64,000 nt of DNA from Dimorphilus gyrociliatus (Eukaryota > Animalia > Annelida): the NCBI GenBank assembly GCA_904063045.1, contig CAJFCJ010000010.1, positions 310,001-374,000 of the forward strand, given 5' to 3'. This document shows, piece by piece, positions 11,251 to 24,140 of the stretch. Within the stretch, counting starts at the first letter, position 1; each line of letters starts with the position of its first letter. The position numbers were made by a program, and so were the translations under genes. The notes below the pieces were generated by a model. That model did not search any database. It was not told the DNA's origin and saw only the letters and a program-made list of their open reading frames with translations.

Positions 11251-14210
11251 TTCTTATTTCGCCCTTGTCCAAAGCAAGGGTCACTTGGCAACAGATTGTC
11301 TTATGCCTTCTTGGGCATGATAAAAATTTCAAGATGAGTGAACTGCATTCATTTTTCAAACTGAAAAAGTAAAGGAGTGGAACTGATTTCATACGCAGGA
11401 AATTGAGTGGAGAAAGGTAAATTGTAATGAAAACGGTAAAGAAACGCTTGAGGCCGTTTTTCTTCCTATTTTTCTTTTTTGAAAAAATTTTTCTTCATTG
11501 TACTTTATATTGAAAAGGGTCAAAAGATTATTGGTTCCTGTTTGTCAATTATTTTAAAGGAACTGTTTAAGTTAGACTTTGAAGTTTCTTGTTCAATTTT
11601 TGCAATTAGCTTCAGGCTATTCTAGTTTGTTTGTTGTATAAATGACTATTAATGTACAATCTTTGGAAGACAAGGTAGAAATGATGTTGATCTTAATGTT
11701 CCATTAATTGCCCTTTTGATGTATCTCCGTGTTTTTCGGAGAAAAAGGGATTCTTTGTTTCGAAAATGGCTTTTTTAAACATCTATAAGATTGAATCTGA
11801 GTTATTTACTGCTGGAATCGTTATTACTTTTAGAATTAGTAAATAGATCTTGTACGATACGATTTAATGATATGGAAAAGAATCCAATAAAAGGCTCTTA
11901 CTATCAGTTTCTTCTCATCAAATTCAAAAAAGTGTAGATCCATCAAATAGTATAAATAGCAGTAATGTTTATACATAGTAAAACATAAAAACGCCGAAAT
12001 GTCCCTATTTGCCTATAGTTTTGTATATTTGTCTTTGCCCCATCATAACCATTAAGTATTTTAGAGATAAACACATTTCCAGTTTAATAAAGAACATCTA
12101 AAATAAGGAAGAGGCATTTTTTGCAATTTTCGTTAGATTAACGTAAATAACGAAGGAAATTAAAATATGATGGTTGAGAGGAGAGGGATGGGAGGAGCGA
12201 GAGGGAGAGACAGAAAGGCAGAGGGATGAGAAGAGCAAAAATAAAAAGTAGATAAAGATAATTAGATAATTAGATAAGAATTTTTCTGGCTTCTGTGACA
12301 GAGTAAGCAAAAACGGGAATTTTTTTGTCAATGTACCTGTCCTCTTCTGAAAGGACTTATAAGAATCAATTAGAATTGATGTAGATTTCGTGAAGAGGGC
12401 TTAAAAGAGACTGATTTCTTTAATAACTAGTGAACCTTACCGTTAATGTTAAAAGAATTTTTAATGAAAGTTAAATATTTTTTCAAATAAAAATTCCTAA
12501 CTATGGCAAAATGAAGCGTGTCAGTTTACGCCTACTTAAGCGCAGAAAATGCTAGGAAACGACGATGTTTTCGACCGGCGTAATGTTACGTAAGTGACAG
12601 TGATTTAAAGCATGTGCGAATTCGTCACTAGAGGATATGGAACAACTAATAATGTGAATCTATTCCATACGTTCAAGAATAACGTTTTATCTGTAGAAAG
12701 AGTGTATAAGATGAATAAGTAATGACTGAACGCAGCATGTACAAAGAACGCCGAATATGCCCTTAAGGGTGGCTGTCAGGTGCCAGATTGACCGCTGGTC
12801 GTCTTTGTTTAGTGTTTTTCACCCCGTTTTTGATTATGGTTGATAAGCAGTTTTCACATCTGTGTTAGTCTTACTAATTGGCGTAAAAAACTAGTCCCAG
12901 TAGTAAAATGAACACAGGAAAGACTCATCAATTCAATATCAACATTAACCTTTTCATTTCGGTTTTATTCTCCAGTCACTTATATAAATAGGCGCAACAC
13001 TACTACTACGTAACTTTACTTTTTCTCAGTTAAACTTGAACGGATTCTGGCCTATTTAGCAAGTTCAACTGTACACCTGAGATAATTTATTCATAATTCA
13101 AATATATTATGCAGATTACACGTACCGATCCCTCCCACAACATAAATAATGTAGTAGTCGTGTGTGTGTGTAGAGATTTTAGGGTCCCTTAACGAATGTT
13201 TATAAATTAGGAAAAAGATATACACAGTCGTACGCTATTTGTAATTAAAACGTTGCAATTGCTCGCGGGTGGCCCAATCGTAATTAAACCCCGAATTGAA
13301 ATCAGTAGCAGATTCGTAAACAATTAGGCATGGAAAACGAGAAAAACGAACGAAAGAACGGTTTTCCCTCCTTATAAGTATTTTCATTACGCCCATTAAA
13401 GCTATTTCCCTCCATTGCACCACCCTAAATAAAAGATAGAAAACTTTATCTCTGAAAGAGGCATATAAACACATGACGGATAGGTGATAGTTGTAAAATA
13501 TGATGTTTTTATAGGCCGTAATCCAAACATTCCCTATTTGGCTAGAAGACTATATTGGGGATGTTATGGCATAAGTGGTCGGTGACAACCGAGATAATCC
13601 AACTGAACACCCAACAAAATGCATGAATAATCGCGTCATGATTGATAGAATCTGCTCGTATATCAAATTTATGGCAATCTGGTTTTTGTTAAATTCCTTA
13701 ATATTTTTGCCCTGAACGTTTTCCTTTATCAGCATATATTCCTATACCTGCATACGTGTACACAGTTATAACTATATTTAAATACATTTCTTATATACAT
13801 ACATAAAAATTCCATTCCTTTAACCTTAACCAATCATCCAACTTAATATGGTATGCTGTTATCGTTACGGCGATAAGTTACGCATTCTTTAACATTATTT
13901 AACTTTATTATTGAATATATTTATTTAACATATGAATAAGAAAAATAATTTTAGAACGGGTTAAATGTATTTTAAGCATTTTTTATATTCATTTAATTTT
14001 CATAATGCCCATTTAAAGGCTGTTGTAATTTGTAAAGAATGTGCTTTAATTTTGTCAATAAAATTAACTTATTTCTTCTCTATTTCACTTATTCTTAAAT
14101 AAATTGTTGTTATGCAGTATATTTGGCGCCAGGGTTACCAACCGCTGAGAATCACACGATCGTTTGATGTTTATATCTTAATCTTCAGGGTGTCCCATGA
14201 ATATTGATGA

Positions 14211-14236
14211 GTCACGTGACCATAGCGTCGACCAAT
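14211..14236 (+). promoter_or_regulatory. Candidate promoter of the C2-DH gene: palindromic E-box GTCACGTGAC plus CCAAT box
   Basis: gtcacgtgac at 14211-14220 and ccaat at 14232-14236, about 120-140 nt upstream of ATG 14354. Confidence 0.5.
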
Positions 14237-14353
14237 AAGTAGCCGTGTGATTTTTCTATCCAGTTTAGTCTGTTAGTTGTCTCCGTGTTGGATGTTTCAC
14301 AGTTATCTGTGCCCTACAACTGAACGGATATTTATTTAGTAAGAATTAAAACA

Positions 14354-17300
14354 ATGGATAGAAAGTCGGATATATTTCGAAATAGAGGTAAACTATTTAA
14401 TCAACAAGAGTTTTATTTCTTCCTTCGAAGCTAAAAGATAGGAATAAACCTTTTTTTTATATATGTATACTATACAGTATATAATGTACATAAAGTATAT
14501 ATTTGTTTATTTGTAAATAAATATTTTCTTTTTCTTGACAGGCCAAATTCAAATATCAGTATTTGCCAATTCAGGAATGTTGACAGTGCACAGTAAGTTT
14601 CCCCTAGACGATTCAATTAATTAATTGCCTAAGAAAATTAACGCCAATTTTCATACTGACTTTTGTGATGTCAATTTAAAAACAACTGTTTTCTACAGTT
14701 ATTCAAGCGAAAAATTTTAGCAAAACAGAAAGTATCCAATTTACCTCCATTAGCATCCATTTTCAATCAGAAATGGAGGGTCAGAGTTCAACATCTGTTC
14801 GAACCTCTCAAGTTCAAGGTCATTCACCCTTTTTCGACGAGAAGTTTACATTGTAAGTTGATTACGGAGATAAGTACATATTTGTTAAGCAATCTTTTAA
14901 CATTTCTTAACCTCTTTTGGAAAATAGCGAGTCTGATGGATTTGATAAAAGGAGCCGGCTCATTATATCGGCCTACGTTTCAAATAGCCCCTGGTAAGCA
15001 ATTAATAACTATTATATTCAATTAAAAGTTCAAGTACTTATGACAAACTTCATTTAATCCGTCAATAGCGATATTTACATAATCGGGTGCACTTCATTCA
15101 GCATACGTAATTTCCTCCGAGGAAAAAAGGTAAGATAATCTCTTTGTTCTTGTTTGCTTAAGATGCGTAAGATTAAACTGACAAACGTAGGCGGCGCTCT
15201 AATCACCCTTAATTGCTGCTGCCTCTTGCGTTTTCTCTTCCGAGAGAATTTATGTGTTTGTAATAAATAATGAAAATGGCCCATTTCACGGGTAGCATCT
15301 TCTTTTATCTTATTTCTTTTTTAACGGCTTATAAAGTGGGTCGTCAGTTAAGTATTAATTACATTTGAAATTAATTGAAAAAGTCAGTTTTGTGTATTTT
15401 AATTAAATATTCAAAAGCGAATGGGCGTAAAAATGAAAAATAGATGTTTTTTTAAAAAATACTCTTAGCAGATGACTAAGTTAACAATAGTTCTTCCTGG
15501 GAAAACAAACTACATTTTTGCGACAGATGGCGTAACTACAATAGCGTAAAAATTTTTGTTCATATAATAACTCCATTCAAAGCGACTAATGGTCACCTCG
15601 ACCTCTGCTACTATTATTGAAATTTTGCTCAGCTAGTAATTATTCATTATTGATTGCTTTGGTCCAGCATGAAGGGATACTTTTTACTGACACAACCAAA
15701 CTTGGAAGCATAGAAGTTTTTTTTTAAATACTCATTCATGCGTTAATAAAACCTGTCATTCTAGCTTAAAAAGCATAACTTAAACAACAACAAAAGAAAG
15801 AAAAACATTAAAAAATATACCGTATACAATATGTAAATTGAACCTAGCCTGACCCAAAAATTAACGGAACTCTAAAACGATATAGGTTGTAAAGCGCTTG
15901 GGGTGCATTATAACTCTAATCTAATTGGTCTATTGAATTTTTAAAAGAGGTGAAAAGTTATTAATGAATTATTTTCGAATAATTTCGCCAATAAAATGAA
16001 TAAATTAACACTATAATTCCTTAAATAAATAATTTCTTCTTTGTAACGTAAATAGACAAATAGAAATAAAATTAAATTAGAATTAATTTAAAGTTTTTTC
16101 TTTAAAAAAACAACAAATAACTTAAAAATTTATTGAAAAGGAAAATTTTTTCAATGTTTCACGGTCATTAATAACAAGACCGTTAAGGAGACACATTGAA
16201 GAGATATCTTATCTAAAAATTAACTTAATGTCTGTTTTCCTTTCATTGATCTTAACTTTTAAAATTTAATGCAAACGGCATGTGGAGTTTTGACTTTGGC
16301 TCGTTTTCATCTTTTTTCTTCGAGATTAGGATAGTTAGTTAAATGGGAAGTTAATTTTTTAAAAATTTCTTTTTAATTAGCTTTTAGAGAGAATTTTATC
16401 TAGAAAAATTCTATTTGATGTTTATCAATTATCAATCTTCCTATCTTCATTTTTATTATTCTTTTTTTACATTTCTTGTCTTATTTCGTTCTTTAAGCAA
16501 CTAATTAGTTAATTAACTAATTTGTTTACTTACTGACGCCTTTATTAATTAATTAGACGCTTAAGTATTGGCTTTATGATTCAAAGGGGAAAAAAAACCT
16601 CTAACTTGGCAAGTGTGATTAATGATTAGCTTAAAGAGAAATTTTACGCGTGTCGTCTATGCGTTAAAACAACATGACGCAACTTTTATGTTTCCTTTGT
16701 AATAAAGACAATGATCTATGACTTGTATTAATTTACTTTTAAATACTATTCAAACAGGTTATCAATGAATGGTATTATCTTTTACCGAGAAAACTTGGAC
16801 TAAGAAAACACCTGAAGTCTAGACAAGAAGTGGTGCCACCTACTTCTACGAAAGACTTTGCCGATAGATCTATGACAACGTCAAGCAAATTGGATTCTGC
16901 TTTTTGTTCTTCACCCAGCTTGTATCATAATAATTCTATAGATTACAGAAGCCATAGGGCAACTCCTTCAGGCTGTTCAGCGGGAGAAAACAACTGGGAT
17001 TTTGTTAACTCGGATGACGAATCGGACAAAGAAAATAGAATTATTAGTCCTATAGTAGAGAGGGAAAGATTTCTAGATAAAAGGTTACTTAGCCCTATCG
17101 GGTTATTTGTACCTCCCACACCATCAATAGAAAGTTACTCAAGGGTTGGACCAGTTGGTCGTCTTGTCAATCACGAACTACATTTCTTCAAGAAAATACA
17201 GCAAGGGAAATTACACTACTCTGCTCCTTTGAGACATATGATCTTGAAAAATGAACAACATTCGTCGTTATTTTTAAACATAGAGAAATTGGGTCAATTA

Positions 17301-17801
17301 TCGAACTTTGTCTATAACCAAATGAAAGATCTTACTTGCGATTCAAGTTCAATTTCCGAAATTGCCAGAATCTATAGCAACTGCAGTAAAACCTTGAAAG
17401 AAGGTTACGAATTCTATTTAAAGAATATTTCGTCATCTTTAAACATTTATTCGAAATTGAGTAAGAAAAGGATATTCAAAGAGTTTCTTGCCGTAAGTAT
17501 GCCTTTATTCTATTATTAACAATGGTATATATGTATATAAAAGAAAACAAACAGTCTAATTTATTTATTTCTTCCCTCTTAGGAACATAATAGAAAAGAA
17601 TTCACTTTGTTAGAATACATCCAACTACCTGGAATGCATTTACGCCATCTCGTGGACAATTTTGAAAATATTCTACAAATAACACCCAGAAGCAATGACG
17701 GACTCGATAACATTTCATCCATAAAAATTGTTTTGTTTGACATTCTTGAAACGCATGCGATAAGGATAAATACTGATTCAGACGAGAATAAAATATCTTA
17801 A
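14354..17801 (+). CDS. C2-domain + RhoGEF (DH)-like protein, 439 aa; PsGEF-like, with an RGS3-type C2
   Basis: Exons 14354-14387, 14542-14592, 14699-14852, 14928-14993, 15069-15129, 16758-17492 and 17583-17801 (1320 nt, phase-consistent). C2: GQIQISVFANSGMLTVHIIQAKN...PFFDEKFTF...RLIISAY...IIGCTSFSIRNFLRGKKVINEWYYLLPRKLGLRKHLK, resembling the RGS3 C2 ending GWYYLLGEHLGRTKHLK. DH: LVNHELHFFKKI...PLRHMIL...LFLNIEKL...YEFYLKN...FKEFL...TLLEYIQLP. The first exon is less certain than the rest. Confidence 0.75.
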
Positions 17802-20800
17802 TTAAAAACCATATTTTGTTACATTTTTTCTTGATAAAGGACGGAAAAGAAGGGAAAAACAAAGTTTTTCTTAGTCATTAAATATTATAGACGATAGTTA
17901 ACTCTCTGGAACGAAAAGATATAGGCGGATACGGATAAAAACATGAAATTATCATTAGTCTTTTTCTATCTTCCCTCTTCCTTTGATAGAAACACTATCC
18001 AGACATTCAATTTCCCCTTTATTCTCTAACATTCCACAACAGCTGGAAAATGTATAGCTACTATATCTTTTCATCAATCTTTAACAAAATAACGGAATAT
18101 ATTACATAACAGAAAATAAACGAGTGTTAACGTATTAGAAAATATACAACTATGTAAAAACCTTGTTTTGAACAAAGTTGACAAACTGTTTCTTTTATTC
18201 GTTTTGTTATTTTGTTTTTAGTTTGTTTACATGAATAGTGATGTTATCGTTTTCTTTCTTCTACCGTTAAGTTAAATCAATCTTGATCGTGCTAATTAAT
18301 AGTTTGGCGAGTACTATACAACCTTGAGTAGCGTAAGAATGTTTAAAAAAACTCTAACTAAATGGTATTTACTCTTATCGTAAACAAAGTTAAGCTCTAA
18401 ATAATGCGTTCGAGAGGGTTTTTTTGCCTTTTTATTTACTTTTAAGACGCTTTAGAAGTCATTGTTACTAAGAGGGGAAATAAAAAGGAAGGCAACGGGG
18501 AAAGAGAAAAAGAACAAGTTTGCGCAGAATATTAAATAGAAACCATACATTAAAAAACAGAAATTTGTTTCTTATTATAAGAAAATAAGAAAACGTAAGA
18601 AAATCTGAATGCTTTAACTTACGAGTTGATAACGTAAAAAGTTTTCGTTATGCTGATGGATAAATAGCCCGAATACATAATATTTTATGCTAACCCTATT
18701 AATAGCAGATGTTTAAAAGTGTTAAAAAACAAAATCTCTCTTTCGTCTAGCTATCTTCCCTTCTCTCTCTCTTTCTCTCTTTTTTTAAACATAATTAGTA
18801 GTCAGGCTAAGTAAGAAAAAGAAAGGTTTATTACCTTACTGTCAACAATAAGATACTCATGAGAATTCTTTGAAATCTTAGATAAAGTTAATTTAGCTTG
18901 TTTGTTTTCCTTGTTACATGTAGATAAAAATTTCCGCTCTTGTTTTTTTACCTTGTTTTGAGAGCTTTGTTGTTTTCATCCAACCCACCTCTCCTATCAT
19001 TTACAATAAGAGGTAGGAGATAACGAAGGAAGAAAAGAAAGGGGGTAGATTAATTACTTTCGGGATGGAAAAACTTTTTTTTTATTAAAAAAAAAATGAC
19101 TAGAAATAACAATCTTATTTTTTAAAAATTCTATTTATTTATCCTAACGAAAAGAAAGAGAAATGTTTACGTTATCTTAAGAGGAAAATCAATTATATAA
19201 TGTACAGTACGAGTGTTTATATACTTTACTCTTGCGTTTGAACTATATCGTACATTAGAATGGCCAGCAGAGCGCTTTAGGGTGTTAGAGGATCCTTAGG
19301 AGGTAATAATTAGGAGTTTAACCGCTAAAATTACTTTTCATTATTAAGGAATAGCTGAAGTAACTTTCATAAAAAAATCCTCTATAGGGATGATATTGAT
19401 CTAACTTTCCTCTTTAATTATCAATAATTACATGTTCTTATACGTCTTTTCTCTGTTTCTCGCCTTATTATATATTCTTCTTTAATTATATGTTAGATAG
19501 CGTTAATTCTTCTCATTCACTCTTCTATATACTTCCATTATAGATATTGTTACTATTGCAAAGTTTAGATTATTATTACATATGACACAGCGTGAATCAT
19601 GTTCAAAAGCCTCTTTTTTTTTAATACTCATTTTGTTACTTTACTCTTTACAATGGAAAGCTTGTCTATTAAATTTCTTATGTAATTTTCTTAAGAAGGA
19701 GATTAAACATCCTCGAAAAAAAATTCTTAAACATTACATGTTCACTTTATTTCTCTCGTTCTCTCATTTTCTCTTTATCGTTATCTTTATCTTTCTCTTC
19801 CATTATCGACTTCTGTTTTTTCTCGTTTTTATATTAATTTCTCGCTCAAAGAGGACTTTTGGGCAAAGCCTTTTTTCCCGACAAGTATCTTCCGTTACCG
19901 ATAGATGGCAACCGTGTACGAGTAACTCGATATCTTCGAAAATCTGTGACATTATTATGTAATAGATATTGGGTATTATATTTTTATCTTTAACGCTACG
20001 AAAATCAATTTATTGTAAAGATTTAGAAGATAGCACATTTTTTCAATTAATTGAAAGAATGACACCGTTATTCCCGAAGAGATACTCCTGCTAAGAAACT
20101 CATTTAGTTTAAACTTAAGCGTTTAGCTCTTTTCAATCCTTTCAAGTTCATTCTTTCGATCCCCTTAGCGTTCAATCATTTCCTTTACTTTTCGAAATCC
20201 CATATAGAATATGGATTTTTTTTTTTCATAAGAATAAGTACTCAAGTTGCTTATTTCCAGCTATGCGACCGGCTTAAGAGCTAGGCGATTATCACTTAAG
20301 TGTGATTAAAAATATTACATATTTGAAATATTGTCAGGAATGGCAGTTAGCACTAGTATATTTAGGAGTTTGTTTCAAATAGACCATTATAAATTTCCTT
20401 TTTGAAATAGTAGCCTTGTTAAAAACTGTCAATCTTAATGAACGTAATTAAATATTTCCCCAAATCCGAAAGATGTCGCATAGAACATTTTGGTTCGTCG
20501 ATATTTACGCCACCTATGTTTATGCGATTCATCGCCGCCAGAGGGAATATATAGTAAGGTTGGACGAGAAAAGAAGGGGTTACGCGACTGGGGGGGTAGT
20601 GGATGCTAGATGCAGGAGGGGGGTAAGGAATGGGTTATTCAAGCAATGTGTGATGAATTTTTAAAGCCCAAGGTGTAGTTCGATGATGTAATAAATTGTT
20701 CTTCTTACAAAATATTTCTTTCATGTTTGCTTTGTACTAAACAGTATTACAAAGGTAGAAGAAGACAGGCGTTGAATTGCATAATTTATAATATTGACCA

Positions 20801-21171
20801 AAGTCAATATATTAATGAATTGGAAATAAAAAAAAGGGGGCGGATCAATCTTCCACACTTGTTAGGTGAAAACAAATAGATAAAGAGGCTCTAACACAAA
20901 AGTGATCTTTATAGACGTCATGCAAACACTCTCAGATTTCTATCTTCAACAATATTTGTATTAGTTTTCTTTCTTTTTATCATTCAACAACAGAAAAATG
21001 TTCAAAGCGGATTGAAAAAAAATTAAACTACCTATAGACGGCGACACAGTTGTCGTGTTTTAATGATTTTTATAAGCGTACCTAATCTAGCGCCTCTTAA
21101 CAATAGACGTCTGTAATGGTTTTCAAATACGTGTTTGTGAATAATTTACTTTTTCACACGCTCTTTCATAT

Positions 21172-21203
<32 letters not shown>

Positions 21204-21687
21204 CTGTATATATATATATATTTCTTCTCCCCGTACAATCCCTATTCAGTTCTTTCTACTTTTCTTCAATTGAAAAATTAATTTACCTTTTAAAAATATT
21301 ATTACAAGGTTTTTAACAATAAAATTTCAATGAAAAATCTTTCAAATCAATTCATTTTACTTTCTCTTTGACTCATTCTTCAATGTCAATTCTCTCTTCA
21401 ACCTACATACGATAGAAGGTGTTAATACTGTAAATTAATTAATCAAGTAATTTATCCTCCCTTTTCTCATTGTTTACCCTGTTAAATTATATAATCAATA
21501 TATAATTATAGACGGAGAGAATTGAATTCTATTATTTTACAAATAATCCAATGAATTTAGAGAAAATAGCTATAAATTAGAGATATATTCAGATTATTCT
21601 ACGGCACGATTTTGTAGTTTTTTCGCACAATCTTTAAATTATTTTTTAATTTTACGACAGCAATTAATATATATTAACTATCGTTCA

Positions 21688-21701
21688 GTAGCCATAGCAA
21701 C
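21688..21701 (+). promoter_or_regulatory. RFX X-box-like site in a CpG-richer island downstream of four-jointed
   Basis: GTAGCCATAGCAAC matches GTTGCCATGGCAAC at 12 of 14 positions. Confidence 0.4.
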
Positions 21702-22798
21702 CAGTCAATGATTGTAGAGCAAGCAGCCGCCGTTGATTTATACGCTCGACCAATTTACATTTAAATAGAGGCACGCAGAGGTGCAAAAACCTATAGATAA
21801 TTATAAATCAACGAAGGAAAACGGTCGCAGGTGCGTCGATGGCGATTTAAATGCTCGGTGGGGAGTAGAATACTTCACATGTGTTCCTTGTCGCACTTCT
21901 CTTTTTCCATTATGGAACATTTTTTACTTTCACTTTTAATTTGAGCTGTTTTCTAAAAGTGTCTTTGTAACAGAATGAAAAGCACCGAGAAGCTATTACC
22001 TCATTCAAGAAGTGACGCCCAAGTCTTTTATATATAATAAGTTACTCATACAAAAAGAATCATGGTTATCAACTATTCAAGACGAGTCCTTTTTAGAGTT
22101 TTTGTATGTTAAACAAAGACACTCATTTGTCAAATTCTCTCTTGCAATTTTTTTTACGTACCAGATGAACTTGTTTGACGAAAGTATTCCTTCGTACCTG
22201 CTTCTGTCTACAAGTACTTAAAATTGTATACATCGCTTTCATCCCTACTTGTACATCTTACTCCTACGGATGTTACCTTTCACTTGTCGGATCTTTTGTC
22301 TTTGTAATATGTGTAAAAATCCTCATTAAAATCGATTAATTATCAATAATGTCTGTTACTTTGAGTTTAAAAAGAAGCTTTTAGAAAGCGTTATCTATGA
22401 TCTGTCGACAGATTGCTGATCAAAGATAACAATAACATACAAAAATAGTTCATGTAAATGCCGTCAATTTATAAATGTTCTTACCTTTATAATTATATTT
22501 ATCGAATAGCGAGATACGAAACATTTTCAGCATAGTTTTCTGTCATATTCTATAGATTTTTTAATAATAACCTATTATTAATTAAAGTATTAATTAGTGT
22601 AATTTTTAATTAAATATTTGAGCAAGAATGATTTTATGACTTTAAACAGAATTTATTAACGAAAGCGCGCGCGAGCGCGTCTAACCCGTAGGTGAGAATG
22701 TCCGCGCAATGCATCAACAATTAGGCAGAGGGTGATACAAAGATATGCACAGTAGATAATTAGTTTTATCAGTCTGATAAGGTAATCTAAACACCGTA

Positions 22799-24140
22799 TT
22801 AAAGCAGATTGCTACAAGACCTCACATGGTCAAGTACATTCTTTATTCTCTCTTTTAACATGATAATATTCTTCTGAGGAAGATATGGCAAGTACTTTTC
22901 GAAAATTGGTTCAATTTTCTTCAACTCCTCTACAAGTAAAGATTCGACATTATGGTGAATATTCTTTAATCTTTCTATAGTTTTCCGTCTGAAGATACAA
23001 GTAGAATTCAGAAGCCGATCGTGTAAATGTTTATACCTGTCAAGAATTCTATAGGAATGTAACAATCCCGATTCATTGTCGAGAAAAATAAGAAAATCTT
23101 GAGCTTTGTATAGATTATGAGCCGAATTAGTTAAAGATTGTTTATTCCATTGTAGATTGTGTAAATTGTTAACAATTCTGTCAACATTTCCAGTAATATA
23201 GTCGAAAATTATCATATCAGTCCATTGAATTAACTCGAGAATTCTCCTCGAATCTTTAATTGTTTTATTGGTTAGAGTAAAATGCTCAGACCTATATTCT
23301 TCAGGTATGTAGGCGGGAGACAGATTTTTTACAAAAGGTGTCAAAATAAGCGGATTCGAGTCCATCCATCTTAGCTCCTTAACCTACATTGAACAATATG
23401 GGAAGAGAAAGAAATAAAATTAAATACAGCAAACATATATATAAGATGATAATAAAAAAGATGAAAAGAGGTTATTTATAGTTGAATTGAATGAAAATAA
23501 AGATAGTGAAGAGTCGGGTAAAATAAACGATTACTCTTCGGCTTGGATTGGCGCAAGTAAGCTGTTAAATAGAATCAGATACCTTCCTTAAAACCTCATT
23601 CATTCAATGAAATTCTCAGTGGACCGTTTAGTGACCCGTAATTCACCCCTACCCATCAATTTACCCAAAGGAATTGATCAACCCAATCGCCTCAAAAATA
23701 CCTATTACTGATGTTATTATCGATAGAAGAGATGGTAATTTAATCTCTACACACGACACTGTAGACTAAAATTTGTAACTGACCTGTTTTTTAACATAAT
23801 CGAAGCGTTTATCGTTTGGAATAGACAAACTAATTGGCAGAATATTATAAATATCCAATAATTTAGATAGCAGATAGGAGAACACTTCGCCTTGCATTAA
23901 ATCAGTATTTAATCTATAGCGAATACAAGCTTTATCGCCATTTTCTAAGGTTGCGAGACGATTTTGCATTCGTCCGCATCCATCTTCTAATTTTATAACA
24001 CTTGAATTTGAGACTTTGTCAGTTTTCCGTTGGATTTTTGAGTACAGTTTTTCACTTTCATCATCCCAATAAATCTTATCAGATAAAGATGATTTAGCAA
24101 AGAGTAACGTTATTATTAGCAGCAAAGTTATCGGCTGCAT
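22799..24140 (-). CDS. fj: Four-jointed / FJX1 family Golgi or secreted kinase, 313 aa
   Basis: Exons 24140-23784 and 23383-22799 (phase 0). Hydrophobic N-terminus MQPITLLLIITLLFAKSSLS. Family motifs: GCGRMQNRLATL..G.KACIRYR.N.D.MQGEVFSY.LS.LL, LIQWTDMIIFDYITGNVDR, catalytic FLDNESGLL, and CIFRRKT. A probable 5' UTR intron runs from 24374 to 24247. Confidence 0.93.

Noticed and set aside
15590-15745. Open frame in GEF intron 5 (LLIALVQHEG…KLGSIEV) resembling an alternative C2 exon
   Set aside because: No phase-compatible splice sites found, and the C2 is already complete from other exons.
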